A stretch of DNA of 64,000 nucleotides, from the IMG/VR virus record IMGVR_UViG_3300020411_000002; one strand, written 5' to 3'. Both the position numbers and the translations under genes were made by a program. The notes beneath the pieces are model-generated. The model saw only the letters and a list, made by a program, of their open reading frames with translations. It did not search any database and was not told the origin of the DNA. Positions 55,498-64,000 of the stretch are shown one piece after another. The stretch is from a virus. Taxonomy: Duplodnaviria; Caudoviricetes. Position 1 is the stretch's first letter. Each line of letters begins with the position of its first letter.

Positions 55498-55733
55498 TAT
55501 ACTACCCTTACTTTACCTGTAAAAGGTCTAGAGAAGTTTACAGTTAGCGTGTTGGTATCTGTATTGATTTGACTTTGTGGAAGAATCTTTTCTAACACTC
55601 CGTCAATGTGTACAAGAACATCCGCAGCAACCTCTCGACCCATGTTATGTTTTACAGTCCAAGTACTGCTAGGGTCTTCTTGGACATGCGTATGACCGCT
55701 AGCAATGAATAGACGATTACCATTAATAGGCAT
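55497..55733 (-). CDS. Single-domain virion protein (TWTVKHNMG repeat family)
   Basis: HVQEDPSSTWTVKHNMG...NTLTVNFSRPFTGKV. Confidence 0.7.
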   Translation of the reverse strand: MPINGNRLFIASGHTHVQEDPSSTWTVKHNMGREVAADVLVHIDGVLEKILPQSQINTDTNTLTVNFSRPFTGKVRVV

Positions 55734-55744
55734 AATGTAATCTC

Positions 55745-56359
55745 CTAAATCGCGATAACTTTACCAGACGTAGGGTTACTAAACGTAACAACCGCAGTGT
55801 TGGTATCGATATGCTGAACTGAATCTGGTTGGATTTCGTAACCATCGACGATGATACGAATACTCGGTTCATAGCCTAACATGTGATTAACATTAACTGT
55901 AGACTTGTTTTCGAACTCCAAAGTATAGCCCACATTAGGCTTAGGTGTTCCATCAAACGCACCAAGTAAACAAATAGCTCGACCGATCATTGGATCATCA
56001 AACTGAATAGTAATCGTGTTATTGTCTGTAGCTTCAAACTCTTTCGGAATAACAACTCTTCCGTTTTCATCAAAGCATTGAACCATGACACTTGTACTGT
56101 TCATGTTATGTGTGACAGTCCATTCAACAGACGGCTCTTGCTGGTCAAAGATGTACGTGTTTAGTTCCTGAGTCATTGGAATCCAAATAGGCGCATCTGC
56201 TAATTCTAAGCAAATCATAACGCGCTTGTCTTTGAATATGAACGTTCCAACTTTAGGTTCTAAAGGCCACTCGCTAACCATTGGGAGTGTTACGTTTTCT
56301 AGAAAGTTTCCTAGTAGATCGAGTCCGCCCATGTGTTTTGTATTTGAATAGTGTCTCAT
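55745..56359 (-). CDS. Virion protein with two copies of the same repeat domain
   Basis: EWTVTHNMN...NTITIQFDDPMIGRA and VNVNHMLG...NTAVVTFSNPTSGKV. Confidence 0.7.
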   Translation of the reverse strand: MRHYSNTKHMGGLDLLGNFLENVTLPMVSEWPLEPKVGTFIFKDKRVMICLELADAPIWIPMTQELNTYIFDQQEPSVEWTVTHNMNSTSVMVQCFDENGRVVIPKEFEATDNNTITIQFDDPMIGRAICLLGAFDGTPKPNVGYTLEFENKSTVNVNHMLGYEPSIRIIVDGYEIQPDSVQHIDTNTAVVTFSNPTSGKVIAI

Positions 56360-56371
56360 GCTTACTCCTAC

Positions 56372-56400
56372 AAAAACAAAGAGGGAGCGATTGCCCCCTC
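56372..56400 (-). terminator. Intrinsic terminator after 56415-58124
   Basis: - strand GAGGGGGC-AATC-GCTCCCTC followed by TTTGTTTTT. Confidence 0.7.
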
Positions 56401-56414
56401 AGACAGAACTACTA

Positions 56415-58124
56415 TTAAGCAGCAGCAGGAGCTACAGCCATACACACAACGCGGATACCAAGACCCTGAGTTAGTGTAACAGTAAGTTGGTTTTCATCGT
56501 CAAATGATACTTCATCAGGCATGATCATGTTACCAAGATCATCGATGATTGTAACGTTAACGTATTGCTGACCGATGTTGTGAACAACAGTATGTGAAGC
56601 ATCAGCAGATGCAGTACCGTCATAAACAAAGTAACCTTTAGCTACGCGGGCTTCTAGATCAGATAGATCGTCACCAACTGCTTGTACAGCAGCATCAGTA
56701 TATTGCTTAGTAGCAGCTTCAAGTGCAACCGTAGGGTCAGCAGCAAGAATCAGAGGACCTGTTAGCGTGTCACCATCAACGTTAACATACTTGTTATCAA
56801 GATATGTTTCGTCAACATTAACGCCAGTGCCGTCAACTGTGATACCAGTTCCGCCAAGAACGTTAAGCGCAACACCGTCACCACCAGCAAGACCGTTACC
56901 AAGGGCAGTAGACGCAATTTCAACTTCTGTGATACCAGAGTTAGAAACTTTAACACCAGTAGCAGAAGTAGTTAGCGTAGAACCGTCAAGTAGTAGGCTA
57001 AGAACCGCGTCAGTGTTTACAGATGCATCACCAGTTGTTGGGTCAGCAAGATATAGACCGCCAGTAGGACCGCAATCGATACCAACTTCATCAGATGGAA
57101 GCTGAGCAACACCAGCACCCATGTTAACGTCGATAACATTACCTGTCTTAACAAGACCGATACCCGCGTTAAGCGCTTCAAGACCAGTAAACGTATTCCA
57201 AGAAGTACCAGCTACATTATAACGGTAGAACTTCTCGTCTGCTTGTGAAGCAGCAAGAGTACCAGCCGCGTCAGCACCTTCTGCACTTACGTCAAACGCT
57301 ACAGTCCAGTCAGTACCATCGAACTCTACAATGTCGTTGTCTTCAAGACCAGCGATTGTACCAAAGTTTGCATTCAGGTTAGCGCTGTCTGTAATGATGT
57401 AACGCGCACCAGTTGCAGGAGAAGCACCTGGGTCAAGAGTATCATCAGTCTGAACTGCTAGTACATCGTCTTGCCAGTTAAGGTTAGCAACTTCGTTTTC
57501 TAGGTCAACTAGACGAATCGCATCGTTAGCATCTGTCGGCGCACCAAGACCAGTAGCACGGTTACCGTTAAACGCTAAGTTACCAGACATTGCATCGCCA
57601 GCTTTGTTTACTGGAACGTAACCAAGGTCGTCTTGCTTACCATCAATCTGAGCTTGGATAGGACCGGTAACACCAGACACATAACCGATTTCAGCAGAGG
57701 TAGTAGCAGACTCAGCAACTTTACCAGCCGCGTCAGTTACAAGCGCAACGTCACCAGTAAGGTCAGTGTCTGTAATTGTTGAAGCAGCACCAGTGATATT
57801 GTCTTGCTTAGTTGCAGCAACTGTATCCAAGTGACCTTTAGATACAGCAACACGGTCGCTAGAAGCAGAAGACTGGTCATTAGTATCAAGTACCAATTCA
57901 CCTGTCATACCTGCGTCAGAACCATCACGCTTCAAGTACTCTTCTAAGTCACCACCTTTGGCAAATGGGAATACTTCTGTACCGTCAAAGAACTTGTACG
58001 CTTCTTCGGTAGTGTTAAACCACATTTGACCAAGACGAGGGCTAGCTGGATCGGTAGCTAGCTTCTCGATTACCACATTCTTTAACTCAGCAGAGCCGAG
58101 TAGTGTAATAGAACCATGTCTCAT
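56415..58124 (-). CDS. Abundant virion fibre/whisker-like structural protein
   Basis: 569 aa, Gly/Ala/Asp/Thr-rich; VNKAGDAMSG and DTLTGPL...AATKQYTD fibre motifs; C-terminal HTVVHNIG repeat domain; biased codon use. Confidence 0.7.
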   Translation of the reverse strand: MRHGSITLLGSAELKNVVIEKLATDPASPRLGQMWFNTTEEAYKFFDGTEVFPFAKGGDLEEYLKRDGSDAGMTGELVLDTNDQSSASSDRVAVSKGHLDTVAATKQDNITGAASTITDTDLTGDVALVTDAAGKVAESATTSAEIGYVSGVTGPIQAQIDGKQDDLGYVPVNKAGDAMSGNLAFNGNRATGLGAPTDANDAIRLVDLENEVANLNWQDDVLAVQTDDTLDPGASPATGARYIITDSANLNANFGTIAGLEDNDIVEFDGTDWTVAFDVSAEGADAAGTLAASQADEKFYRYNVAGTSWNTFTGLEALNAGIGLVKTGNVIDVNMGAGVAQLPSDEVGIDCGPTGGLYLADPTTGDASVNTDAVLSLLLDGSTLTTSATGVKVSNSGITEVEIASTALGNGLAGGDGVALNVLGGTGITVDGTGVNVDETYLDNKYVNVDGDTLTGPLILAADPTVALEAATKQYTDAAVQAVGDDLSDLEARVAKGYFVYDGTASADASHTVVHNIGQQYVNVTIIDDLGNMIMPDEVSFDDENQLTVTLTQGLGIRVVCMAVAPAAA

Positions 58125-58167
58125 GTTAGGAACTCCTAATTATTTATGAGTATATACACATATAATA

Positions 58168-58947
58168 TCACATAACACACGACAATCGTATATCATGTAA
58201 TTCGATATCGGACACCAACTTATTAAATTGTTTGAACAAATGAAAGTCGGCATCCAAGGCTGACTGGTTGAAATATGACTTCACTGTCCAATAAGATTTC
58301 TCTTTAATCAACCTATATTCTTTATAGACTTTTATTCGAAGGTCTATAAGGGATATTCTCTTATCTCTATATAAATTAACATCTACAGAGTCTAGCCCGA
58401 GAAAGGGATAGAAATTAATTGTATCGCTATCTTTCGCATTATGGTACAAGTAATCTAACTCATACAATATATGCATAGCGTGTTGCATGTACTGAGTTAT
58501 AAACACCATGCAAGCATTAAAGCTATTCTCTAAATCCTGTTTTAGTGTCCTTCTTATCTTATCTGTAATAGGTTTTTTGTATTGACGGAATATCTTAGCA
58601 TAAATCTCTATGAAGTCTTGGTCGAACTGTTCTTCATAGTGTAGCATTATTCTAAGGATGTTATCTAGGTAAGCTTCGAAGTTATCTGCTTCTTCATTAG
58701 ACATTTGCCTAACGTCTGCATCTTCATCATGCTTAACCCGTTTGATTCTTTCTTCGAGTTCTACTAACCAATATCGCAATTGGTGAACTGTGCATAAGAA
58801 ACTTTCTTTACACGTAGGACTAAAGCGGTTCTCTGAGATAATCAATTGATTAAGTAAGAACTCTCTCACCTTATAGAAATTAATCCAAGATGCGCTAGAC
58901 GCTAACTGAAAGTTTATATTGTTAGGTGTGTATTCAACTTTAATCAT
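58168..58947 (-). CDS. Hypothetical soluble helical protein
   Basis: 259 aa; its start abuts the stop of 58948-59637. Confidence 0.7.
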   Translation of the reverse strand: MIKVEYTPNNINFQLASSASWINFYKVREFLLNQLIISENRFSPTCKESFLCTVHQLRYWLVELEERIKRVKHDEDADVRQMSNEEADNFEAYLDNILRIMLHYEEQFDQDFIEIYAKIFRQYKKPITDKIRRTLKQDLENSFNACMVFITQYMQHAMHILYELDYLYHNAKDSDTINFYPFLGLDSVDVNLYRDKRISLIDLRIKVYKEYRLIKEKSYWTVKSYFNQSALDADFHLFKQFNKLVSDIELHDIRLSCVM

Positions 58948-59637
58948 TTACTTAATCTCTTGCATGGAAACGTCGGTGTTTCCTAGTAGCGATTGATTGC
59001 GTTGTGTAGCAACGAGACCTCGCATTTGAGATAGTTCCGATTGAATGGTTGATAGAGCTACAGAAACTTGATTACTAGAGCTAGCACGATTAGAAGCGAT
59101 TTCTCTACAAAGGGATTCAACCAGATTTAACCTAGTTTCAATTTCACTAAAGTTAGCTTCAAAAGCCGAAGACAATTCTTCTATCGCATTAACGCAAGTC
59201 AGTAAAGCTTTGTCTTGTTTAACCACCGCTTCATTTGTATGTACTAGACGTTCTCTAACCGCATCGTCAACGGTTTCAAGTTTTTTGATTAGAGACTTAC
59301 ATAGTTCATCCATAGCAACGGGAATCTTTAACGAAGTAGTTTCTAAGGTAGAGATCTTGTTAAGCGCTTGGATAGTATTTTCTTGCTTTACTAGATTCTC
59401 GGTTAGAGCCTCTACTGTACTTTGCATAGAATTTATAGTATCCATTTGACTAGAGATTGTAGCATCTTTGCCTTTAAGCTCTTCGTCTTTTGCAGTAACC
59501 TTGTTTTCAAGAACGTCTACTTCTTTTAATCTAGGTACAATAAACATAACATACACTGCATAGAAAAGACCAAGTATGATTATGATTGTACCGTATCCAA
59601 GGTTACCTGTAAGTAATGAGTTTATTAGTGAATCCAT
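58948..59637 (-). CDS. Single-TM coiled-coil protein
   Basis: TIIIILGLFYAVYVMFIV then long heptad-like region. Confidence 0.75.
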   Translation of the reverse strand: MDSLINSLLTGNLGYGTIIIILGLFYAVYVMFIVPRLKEVDVLENKVTAKDEELKGKDATISSQMDTINSMQSTVEALTENLVKQENTIQALNKISTLETTSLKIPVAMDELCKSLIKKLETVDDAVRERLVHTNEAVVKQDKALLTCVNAIEELSSAFEANFSEIETRLNLVESLCREIASNRASSSNQVSVALSTIQSELSQMRGLVATQRNQSLLGNTDVSMQEIK

Positions 59638-60020
59638 TAGTTCTCAGAAGTTTCATCGGTTTCCGTAGGTTCAATACTTTCTTTCTCTAAAGATAGATAT
59701 GTATTTAAACCGCATACTTTATCAGTTGGGTTAACTACAAGTCTGTACGATTGTTTGACTTGTGGGTCTTCCGATATTATCATGTGACTGATGGACGGGT
59801 TTATTTCCATGCACTTTGTAGTAGACCCTTCTATTATGCATACTGCACTAATACAATAAATATCTTCTTGTTTAACTACTCTTTTTGATAGAGATTCTTC
59901 TTTAAACACCGTCTGATTTAGGGCAATTGCCAGAACAATTAAAGCTGCCGCTACCATAGAGATGTTTGCAATTCTGTACCTCTTTTTCTGGTCAGAAGTA
60001 AGTTGGTCATTTACATTCAT
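59637..60020 (-). CDS. Single-TM protein with a small Cys-containing extracytoplasmic domain
   Basis: KKR then TM (N-in); CISAVC...C...C. Confidence 0.7.
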   Translation of the reverse strand: MNVNDQLTSDQKKRYRIANISMVAAALIVLAIALNQTVFKEESLSKRVVKQEDIYCISAVCIIEGSTTKCMEINPSISHMIISEDPQVKQSYRLVVNPTDKVCGLNTYLSLEKESIEPTETDETSEN

Positions 60021-60952
60021 TCAACTAACACATCTATATCTTCGTGTGCTGCAATGTAATTCTTTTTAAATCCGAGTGAACGCATTCTACTTTTATCTAC
60101 GTACACCCTAAACGGCAGCGGGTTCATATCTTCTGGTTCTTCATTGTTGCTTATAAAGTCATTCACTACAGACCCGTAATCAAGTTGAAGTACCAAGCAC
60201 TCATTGTCTATCTCAGGAAGATAACTAAAGCCTATAGATAGGTGTTTAGAGTTTTTACGTTGCAGTATTTCTTTAATCTCTTTCATCTTAACTATGCTGC
60301 CGAATTCGTCATCAGTTAAGGCCATCATATTATTAATGATTACACCTCTTTGATTCTCGTTGAGCTTAGTTAATAGTGATTCAAGTTGTTTAACACTCGA
60401 TACTTCGAAAGACTTTACTGAACCTGTTATAGACTGCAAACTGTTTTTTAAATTATAGCTGTCTCTTGCAGTCAGTCCTGTAGTGTCATATAGGATATAA
60501 TAGGTATCGGGAAACAAGTTCATAGCCGACACTAAAGACGTTATTTTAAATCCCAAGTTTTCTATTCTGAATAGTCTAGACCTTGGTATGCCGTCAGTAA
60601 AGCTTCTGTTAATGAAGTAAGTTATATTTTTGTATTTTTCAGGGAGTAAAGTTAGTAGATATGACGTAGCATCAACTTCATCTACTATAATCATTTGAGG
60701 GTCTACACGTTGGATATCTAAAGCAACAGAATGCATAAGCTGTTCGCTAGACGTTCCATAATCTCCGTATCCAAGGGTTATGTAAAGTGCGTAAACATCT
60801 TTGTCAGTATTTCTAACAATGTTCGCACTTAGAGGGTGGCTGTAGAAACTTGCTAGAGGTCTACTAGACACCAAGTAAATTGTGTTTATATCATCTACTT
60901 CTTGGGCAGACGAACTTAGTGCTAGTAGTAAACCTGCTAGTAATTTCTTCAT
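60017..60952 (-). CDS. Secreted periplasmic-binding-protein-like (ABC_sub_bind / PBP type 1-like) protein
   Basis: Signal peptide MKKLLAGLLLALSSSA; alternating beta/alpha pattern (DPQMIIVDE, YYILYDTT, EVSSVKQL, GVIIN). Confidence 0.45.
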   Translation of the reverse strand: MKKLLAGLLLALSSSAQEVDDINTIYLVSSRPLASFYSHPLSANIVRNTDKDVYALYITLGYGDYGTSSEQLMHSVALDIQRVDPQMIIVDEVDATSYLLTLLPEKYKNITYFINRSFTDGIPRSRLFRIENLGFKITSLVSAMNLFPDTYYILYDTTGLTARDSYNLKNSLQSITGSVKSFEVSSVKQLESLLTKLNENQRGVIINNMMALTDDEFGSIVKMKEIKEILQRKNSKHLSIGFSYLPEIDNECLVLQLDYGSVVNDFISNNEEPEDMNPLPFRVYVDKSRMRSLGFKKNYIAAHEDIDVLVE

Positions 60953-61830
60953 GCTTTTACCAAAATTGCCTTACCTGCAACATCTTCTGAGAATAGAATA
61001 ACACTAGTATTGTTGCTAGTATTCTGTACGATAGAAGTTTTGACCGGGAACACCTGATCGTTTTCTTCATCGTAGATAGCATATAGAATGTTATCTGTTC
61101 CAAAATTGTGCTCTATAGTCCAAGTGTCAGAAGCTTCTGTCTGCTCATGGATAAAGCTAACTACACCAGAGCCTGTGTTTCCTCCGCTTCCGCCGTCTGA
61201 ACCATCACCAATATCTAAGTTATCTAGTCTATACTTGTTATTACCTGCAAGAGTTTCAACTGCTGATACTCTACGCATAAGACTCATTATAATGGTATAA
61301 AAACCTTGGGTCTGCTGATTAAGTCTAGACGTTAAATAAGATAAAGGTACGACTTCTGTTTGTTGGTAGTTTTCACCAGTTGCTAATGTTCGTGTAGCTA
61401 AGGGTCCTGTAAGAGTGCCGCCAGTTTTATCTAGCTTTGAACTAGTAAGCTCGTCGATGATACTTTCTAGCTCTGCGCTTCCATAAACAGGTTCGGGATT
61501 ATCTTCAGGTGCGTAATACTGTGAAGGTTCGAAGATTTCTGCATACGTGGTAAGTTCTTCCCAAGTGTGCTGTAATCCGCCTGATGAATTCTTAGATGTT
61601 CTTTTAAACGGAATTTTGTAGTCGTCACTTGCTGGATTTCCATCGATCCATGTTACATTAAGAGGTAATATTAGGTAGTGCGGTTCACTGTAGGAAACGA
61701 CAACAATCGTTTCAGTAGAACTAGCTGGCTCTGTTACTCTTAACTTTACAGGGTAGTCAGAAGCAAGGCCTCGCCCTGCTGCTATATCGATGCACTTGTC
61801 AACAAATTCTTGTAGTTGAAGGCCCATCAT
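60949..61830 (-). CDS. Tail/fibre-associated structural protein
   Basis: KLDKTGGTLTGPL motif, Gly-rich linker, C-terminal TWTIEHNFG repeat domain. Confidence 0.7.
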   Translation of the reverse strand: MMGLQLQEFVDKCIDIAAGRGLASDYPVKLRVTEPASSTETIVVVSYSEPHYLILPLNVTWIDGNPASDDYKIPFKRTSKNSSGGLQHTWEELTTYAEIFEPSQYYAPEDNPEPVYGSAELESIIDELTSSKLDKTGGTLTGPLATRTLATGENYQQTEVVPLSYLTSRLNQQTQGFYTIIMSLMRRVSAVETLAGNNKYRLDNLDIGDGSDGGSGGNTGSGVVSFIHEQTEASDTWTIEHNFGTDNILYAIYDEENDQVFPVKTSIVQNTSNNTSVILFSEDVAGKAILVKA

Positions 61831-61839
61831 TAAATCCTA

Positions 61840-62325
61840 TTATATATAAAGCTTTTCGCTGCTGTCTTGGCGACGGGTGTTTAGAGCTTTTGCAAGTTCT
61901 AGCAGTTTAACTTTGTCGTGGTCTAGGAAAATCCATTCATCAGTTGAGACATTCTTTGCCCACAACTTACAAACATGTTCTTTATCTAGAGCAACTATAC
62001 CTAAACACAAGGTTAAGTTGTCATAGAATGCAGAGTCTACGTTGTAAATATAGGAGTCGAACTCTAAAGGACTAAGTATCTCTAGTTTAGTTTGGTTCTT
62101 ACCTTGACGAACTGCTTGCTCTTTCTTAAAATTACCATTTGTTTCTTCTATTCGGATGAGTCTATCGTCCTTAACAAGATAGGCATTTGGATTTCTCTTA
62201 AACAGTTCGATGCTTCTTTGATCTACCTCTACAATAGGCTCTAAGCCCGCTGGTGGAGTAGTTGTATAAATTCCTTTTACATTCGTTCTGTGAGTTATAG
62301 ATTTATCATAGTATACAAACGGCAT
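61840..62325 (-). CDS. Tail fibre assembly-like protein (DUF4376-like)
   Basis: LEFDSYIYNVD...W...D..L.ELAKAL pattern; adjacent to a fibre gene. Confidence 0.5.
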   Translation of the reverse strand: MPFVYYDKSITHRTNVKGIYTTTPPAGLEPIVEVDQRSIELFKRNPNAYLVKDDRLIRIEETNGNFKKEQAVRQGKNQTKLEILSPLEFDSYIYNVDSAFYDNLTLCLGIVALDKEHVCKLWAKNVSTDEWIFLDHDKVKLLELAKALNTRRQDSSEKLYI

Positions 62326-62328
62326 AAA

Positions 62329-63171
62329 TTAATCTCCAAACGCAATCCAATTAAAGTCCCATAAATCTGATAGTGGTAAACTGAAAGTTCCTTTAACACC
62401 AATAGTAAAACCACCTATATCGTTATCGATATCAATGTAAGTACCAAACTCGTAGTTCTGACTTTGATACGAGTATGGATCATTGAAGAATACCATTAGA
62501 CCTGTAACACGGTTCTTGAATGGCTCAGAAAACAATACAGTTACTTCTTCTGTACCAGTATCGTTAATGAATCTACCCCACTGATGCATTGCACCACTAC
62601 GAATCATACGTACATAAGGAGAGCGACCTTGTGTAGTGTTTCCCTCACCGTCTACTTCAATAAACGAGTGTGAGCCTTCTTCATTACGTACACCTGCGAA
62701 GTATTCTGGCTCGTCACCATCAATACCACGTTCACCAGTAGGACCTGTAGCACCAGTTGGGCCTATAGGTCCAATCACACCCTGTATACCACGTTCACCA
62801 GTAGGACCTGTAGCTCCACGAGGACCTCTGTCCCCTTTCGGTCCAATACAGCCTTGCTCCCCTTTAGGTCCATCGCGTCCATTTCTACCAGAGATTCCAG
62901 GTTGCCCTTCTTTACCACGAGGTCCAATAGGCCCAGATGGTAAGTTAAGCTCTGTAGGAATTCCAGTAACACGCACTGTTCTATTATTGATAGTAATAGA
63001 CAATACGCCTGACTGCTTATCAAACTCAGCATCGAACTTTTCAATCATGCTAGAAGTTTGTTCAGCAGGGTTCTGTGTTTGTAAGCCTTGCTCTGTATTG
63101 TAAACAGTATCACCAGTTTCCGAACCCGGCGAAGGCGATATCATTTTAAGATTAACTTTAGTCAACGACAT
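62329..63171 (-). CDS. Collagen-like tail fibre protein
   Basis: Uninterrupted Gly-X-Y run (GPIGPRGKEG...GERGIDG) and C-terminal QWG...VTVLFSEPF domain. Confidence 0.8.
   Translation of the reverse strand: MSLTKVNLKMISPSPGSETGDTVYNTEQGLQTQNPAEQTSSMIEKFDAEFDKQSGVLSITINNRTVRVTGIPTELNLPSGPIGPRGKEGQPGISGRNGRDGPKGEQGCIGPKGDRGPRGATGPTGERGIQGVIGPIGPTGATGPTGERGIDGDEPEYFAGVRNEEGSHSFIEVDGEGNTTQGRSPYVRMIRSGAMHQWGRFINDTGTEEVTVLFSEPFKNRVTGLMVFFNDPYSYQSQNYEFGTYIDIDNDIGGFTIGVKGTFSLPLSDLWDFNWIAFGD
62710..62945 (-). repeat. Gly-X-Y collagen coding repeat including a duplicated nucleotide block
   Basis: ATACCACGTTCACCAGTAGGACCTGTAGC occurs twice on the + strand (about 62724 and 62786). Confidence 0.8.
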
Positions 63172-63173
63172 TT

Positions 63174-63422
63174 CTAGTCCTCAATATTCTCTGGCTCTAA
63201 CCAAAGAGGGTAATCTGGATCGTTTGCATCATGTACATCTGGGTCATGTTCAGGGTTTCTTATTCGAACATTTTCAGGACCCATAACAATCCATTTACTA
63301 TTATCTTCACTACGAACTTTCCAACCTCTGTCATGGAAGTTATCTGTGCTCCACGGGTTGTTTTCGTTATGTCTGTCTCTTACATACATGTGGATTTTCT
63401 TAGGAGACTCAGGCATACTCAT
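63174..63422 (-). CDS. Small Trp-containing protein in the fibre cluster
   Basis: 82 aa; overlaps the upstream gene by 4 nt. Confidence 0.65.
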   Translation of the reverse strand: MSMPESPKKIHMYVRDRHNENNPWSTDNFHDRGWKVRSEDNSKWIVMGPENVRIRNPEHDPDVHDANDPDYPLWLEPENIED

Positions 63423-63910
63423 AGTTTTATATCTACCATAAGAGGTCTGTCATCTATGTTTTCGATAGCAAACCATCCAGTAGAATTAAACTCTACAGTA
63501 TTAGGCTCGTGCCCTGCATAGATAACAGAGTTGTCTTCGTTTCGAATTGCGTAACCACGATTCTCTTTAAAGTCTAATGATACACGACCTGTAGAGAACA
63601 AGCCGATAGACTTGAACTTATCTATACTAGCTGTACCCGATTCTGTTTTAAACTCCATCAGTTGTGAAGAAATAAAATAAGGTACATCGCTTTTGACAGT
63701 AAGAACAAATCTATCGGCAGGCGTGATTTTGAAACAATACGATTCCGCTTTTAATACTAAATTAGAGTTTTGAAGAACAGACTCTACTTGTGTGCTAAAG
63801 CAAATATAAGCATAGCCTGTAAACTTCGGTTTCTCTAATACCATTTGCTTGTTCATTGGAGTAGGAGCAAGCTTTGTATTCCATTGTAAAACGTTATGCA
63901 TATTAATCAT
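63419..63910 (-). CDS. Hypothetical beta-rich structural protein
   Basis: 163 aa in the structural run. Confidence 0.65.
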   Translation of the reverse strand: MINMHNVLQWNTKLAPTPMNKQMVLEKPKFTGYAYICFSTQVESVLQNSNLVLKAESYCFKITPADRFVLTVKSDVPYFISSQLMEFKTESGTASIDKFKSIGLFSTGRVSLDFKENRGYAIRNEDNSVIYAGHEPNTVEFNSTGWFAIENIDDRPLMVDIKL

Positions 63911-64000
63911 CCGGGCAGTTCAGTAGTGGCTTAGCTTTGTTTCTCGCTTCTGTTTCGTCTGCGGCTTGTATACTGATAGTATCATCAGGTGACTTAGCAC
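63903..64000 (-). CDS. 3' end of a gene running in from beyond the window
   Basis: ...SPDDTISIQAADETEARNKAKPLLNCPDD then TAA, overlapping the start of 63419-63910. Confidence 0.5.
   Translation of the reverse strand, partial: AKSPDDTISIQAADETEARNKAKPLLNCPDD

Noticed and set aside
1-64000. tRNA or rRNA genes
   Set aside because: No cloverleaf with T-loop (GTTCRA) and acceptor stem was recognised in the short intergenic gaps. A tRNAscan-SE run would be definitive.

Overview
AT-rich, densely coding segment of a large (jumbo-type) tailed dsDNA phage of a Gram-negative host. A gammaproteobacterial host is inferred from the spanin-like lysis genes and the periplasmic binding-protein-like genes. 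A resemblance to Lu11/PaBG/RSL1-type jumbo myoviruses is from memory and unverified. Bases 1-53.3 kb are transcribed on the + strand. They begin with an accessory region (SLOG, HD hydrolase, winged-helix regulator, periplasmic SBP-like protein, UvsE). Next is a cluster of very acidic low-complexity proteins, a histone-H1-like Lys/Ala protein and a Sm-like protein, followed by type IIA topoisomerase B and A subunits, an HNH protein, a sigma-like protein and DnaB helicase. Then come an intein-containing large terminase, a MazG-like protein, the probable portal, a 5'-3' exonuclease, a 2OG-Fe(II) oxygenase, a macrodomain-like protein, a proteasome-beta/HslV-like protease and an M15 peptidase. Bases 53.3-64 kb are on the - strand: a holin/spanin-like cassette, a family of paralogous virion/fibre proteins, a four-gene envelope module and a collagen-like fibre. 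Two recurrent promoter-like motifs were found by eye: CGGGACAAAA-N27-29-(TGn)TATANT (5 copies) and AAA(C/G)TGTAAATA (5 at or near gene boundaries). The most notable hypothesis is an electrostatic scaffold/client system: acidic disordered proteins paired with Lys/Arg-rich tails appended to core replication and packaging enzymes. No tRNA, rRNA or CRISPR array was recognised. All family assignments come from motif recognition by eye, not from database searches.
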